A DNA stretch of 63,440 bases, the filler included, from Stramenopiles sp. TOSAG23-3 (taxonomy: Eukaryota), in assembly GCA_900128585.1 (NCBI GenBank). It is 20 parts of 20 records of this genome, joined end to end, with 100 filler letters (N's around TTAATTAATTAA, not from the genome) between each part and the next. Parts side by side here need not be neighbours in the genome. Positions count along the whole stretch, not along the records: positions 60,387 to 63,440 come from LT644439.1; 19 more parts are not named here. The stretch is one strand, 5' to 3'. Positions 62,512-63,440 of the stretch are shown piece by piece. A program made the position numbers and the translations under genes. Each line of letters begins with the position of its first letter. Within the stretch, counting starts at the first letter, position 1. Below the pieces are notes generated by a model. That model was not told the DNA's origin. It was given only the letters and a program-made list of their open reading frames with translations, and made no database searches.

Positions 62512-63084
62512 ATGGGACTGTTTGGATTTTTGTCTCGACTTTTCGGCTTCTCTAAAACGCCAGTGAAACTGATTGTGCTAGGGCTTGATAACAGTGGTAA
62601 GACTACTCTTGTTTCGCATTTGAAACCAGAAAATGGGGAAGGTTCGTTCGAAGTAGTACCAACGGTTGGTTTTAGCGTCGAAAAGTTTCGGAAAGGGAAA
62701 ATTGATTTCACTGTATTTGATATGTCTGGACAGAGTACTTACAGGGGGTTGTGGGAGGCTTATTATGCCGAAGTACAGGCAATAGTATGGGTCGTAGACA
62801 GTTCTGATAAACTACGGATGTCAATAGCGAAGCACGAACTTTTCACACTGCTAGAGCACAAAGATTTAAATGAAAGAAATGTACCAATACTTTTTTTTGC
62901 AAACAAAATGGATACACAAACGTCTTTATCACCAGTAGACTGTATGCAATTACTGTCACTGGAACAAATAAAGAACAAAACTTGGCACATAACAGGTAGC
63001 AACGCTATAACCGGAGAAGGGGTTGATGATGGTATGCAATGGCTTGGGGAGACTCTCAGTAAGTTGAACAATTCTGGAAAGTAA
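62512..63084 (+). CDS. ARL6: ADP-ribosylation factor-like 6 (BBS3) GTPase
   Basis: Motifs GLDNSGKTT, PTVGF, FDMSGQ, VDSSDKLRM, PILFFANKMD and SNAITGEG. Confidence 0.95.
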   Translation: MGLFGFLSRLFGFSKTPVKLIVLGLDNSGKTTLVSHLKPENGEGSFEVVPTVGFSVEKFRKGKIDFTVFDMSGQSTYRGLWEAYYAEVQAIVWVVDSSDKLRMSIAKHELFTLLEHKDLNERNVPILFFANKMDTQTSLSPVDCMQLLSLEQIKNKTWHITGSNAITGEGVDDGMQWLGETLSKLNNSGK

Positions 63085-63254
63085 AAAGACGATTATTACA
63101 GATTGGTGCCTGCGTAATTTTGCTCTTTGCTCATTATCGCCGTGAAAGGTACCTGGAATTCACCATGTACACCCAAGTCCCTGACCTGAAGGCACAGCTT
63201 GCATCGTATTGCTCAGCGCATGAAGCAGATTGTAAATTAGTGATCGAGTTCTAT

Positions 63255-63280
63255 TAAAAACAAAATACTGACGGTTACTT
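63255..63280 (+). promoter_or_regulatory. Degenerate 3'-end motif (TAAAAACAAAATACTGACGGTTACTT)
   Basis: About 170 nt after the ARL6 stop in sense orientation. Confidence 0.3.
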
Positions 63281-63414
63281 ATGTAAGTATTTAAAAAACA
63301 ATTTATATATTTAAAATATGCATGAAAAGACACATATATAAATTATATATAGTTCGTTTGAATGTTAGTTTGAATGATGAATACCAGAAGTCTTATTCTG
63401 GAACAAGGAGGAGT

Positions 63415-63440
63415 TTGGGTTCTTGAACGGTTTTACCTTC
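63415..63440. repeat. 26-nt dispersed repeat, copy 2, at the end of the sequence
   Basis: Identical to 3409-3434. Confidence 0.85.

Noticed and set aside
63101-63257. 51-codon open frame just after ARL6
   Set aside because: No homology or motif and no supportable splice model.

Overview
This window is not one locus. It is 20 unrelated contigs of about 3.05-3.09 kb, sorted by decreasing size and joined by artificial 100-nt linkers (44 N + TTAATTAATTAA + 44 N), so neighbourhood across linkers means nothing. The DNA is eukaryotic, from a flagellated protist (ARL6/BBS3, a ciliary EF-hand protein, a CCDC162-like gene), probably a heterotrophic stramenopile (inference). Genes are mostly intronless and GC-rich, and spacers are AT-rich with microsatellites. 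Recognisable genes: MTR4, a TauE/SafE exporter, ERGIC3, DUF2009, a SETD3/LSMT-type methyltransferase, a TMEM104-like transporter, an R2R3 Myb, RpiB, an SLC35-type transporter, an MMPL transporter, ARL6 and two giant surface proteins. Most interesting signals: (1) a strand-specific motif, ATAAAAACAAGAAAATTGGCTGTTA, recurring in sense orientation after the stop codons of 6-8 unrelated genes; (2) a heavily eroded Ty1/copia-like relic with a strongly skewed TpA-rich, ApT-poor, A+C-rich composition, suggesting targeted hypermutation; (3) an array of alternately inverted ~32-bp motifs next to a long palindrome; (4) a PRELI-ACBP fusion and an NDNF-like membrane protein; (5) a 26-nt dispersed repeat and a contig bounded by a perfect 79-bp inverted repeat. 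Several inversion or deletion junctions look like amplification or assembly chimeras. All family calls come from motif recognition by eye, not database searches.
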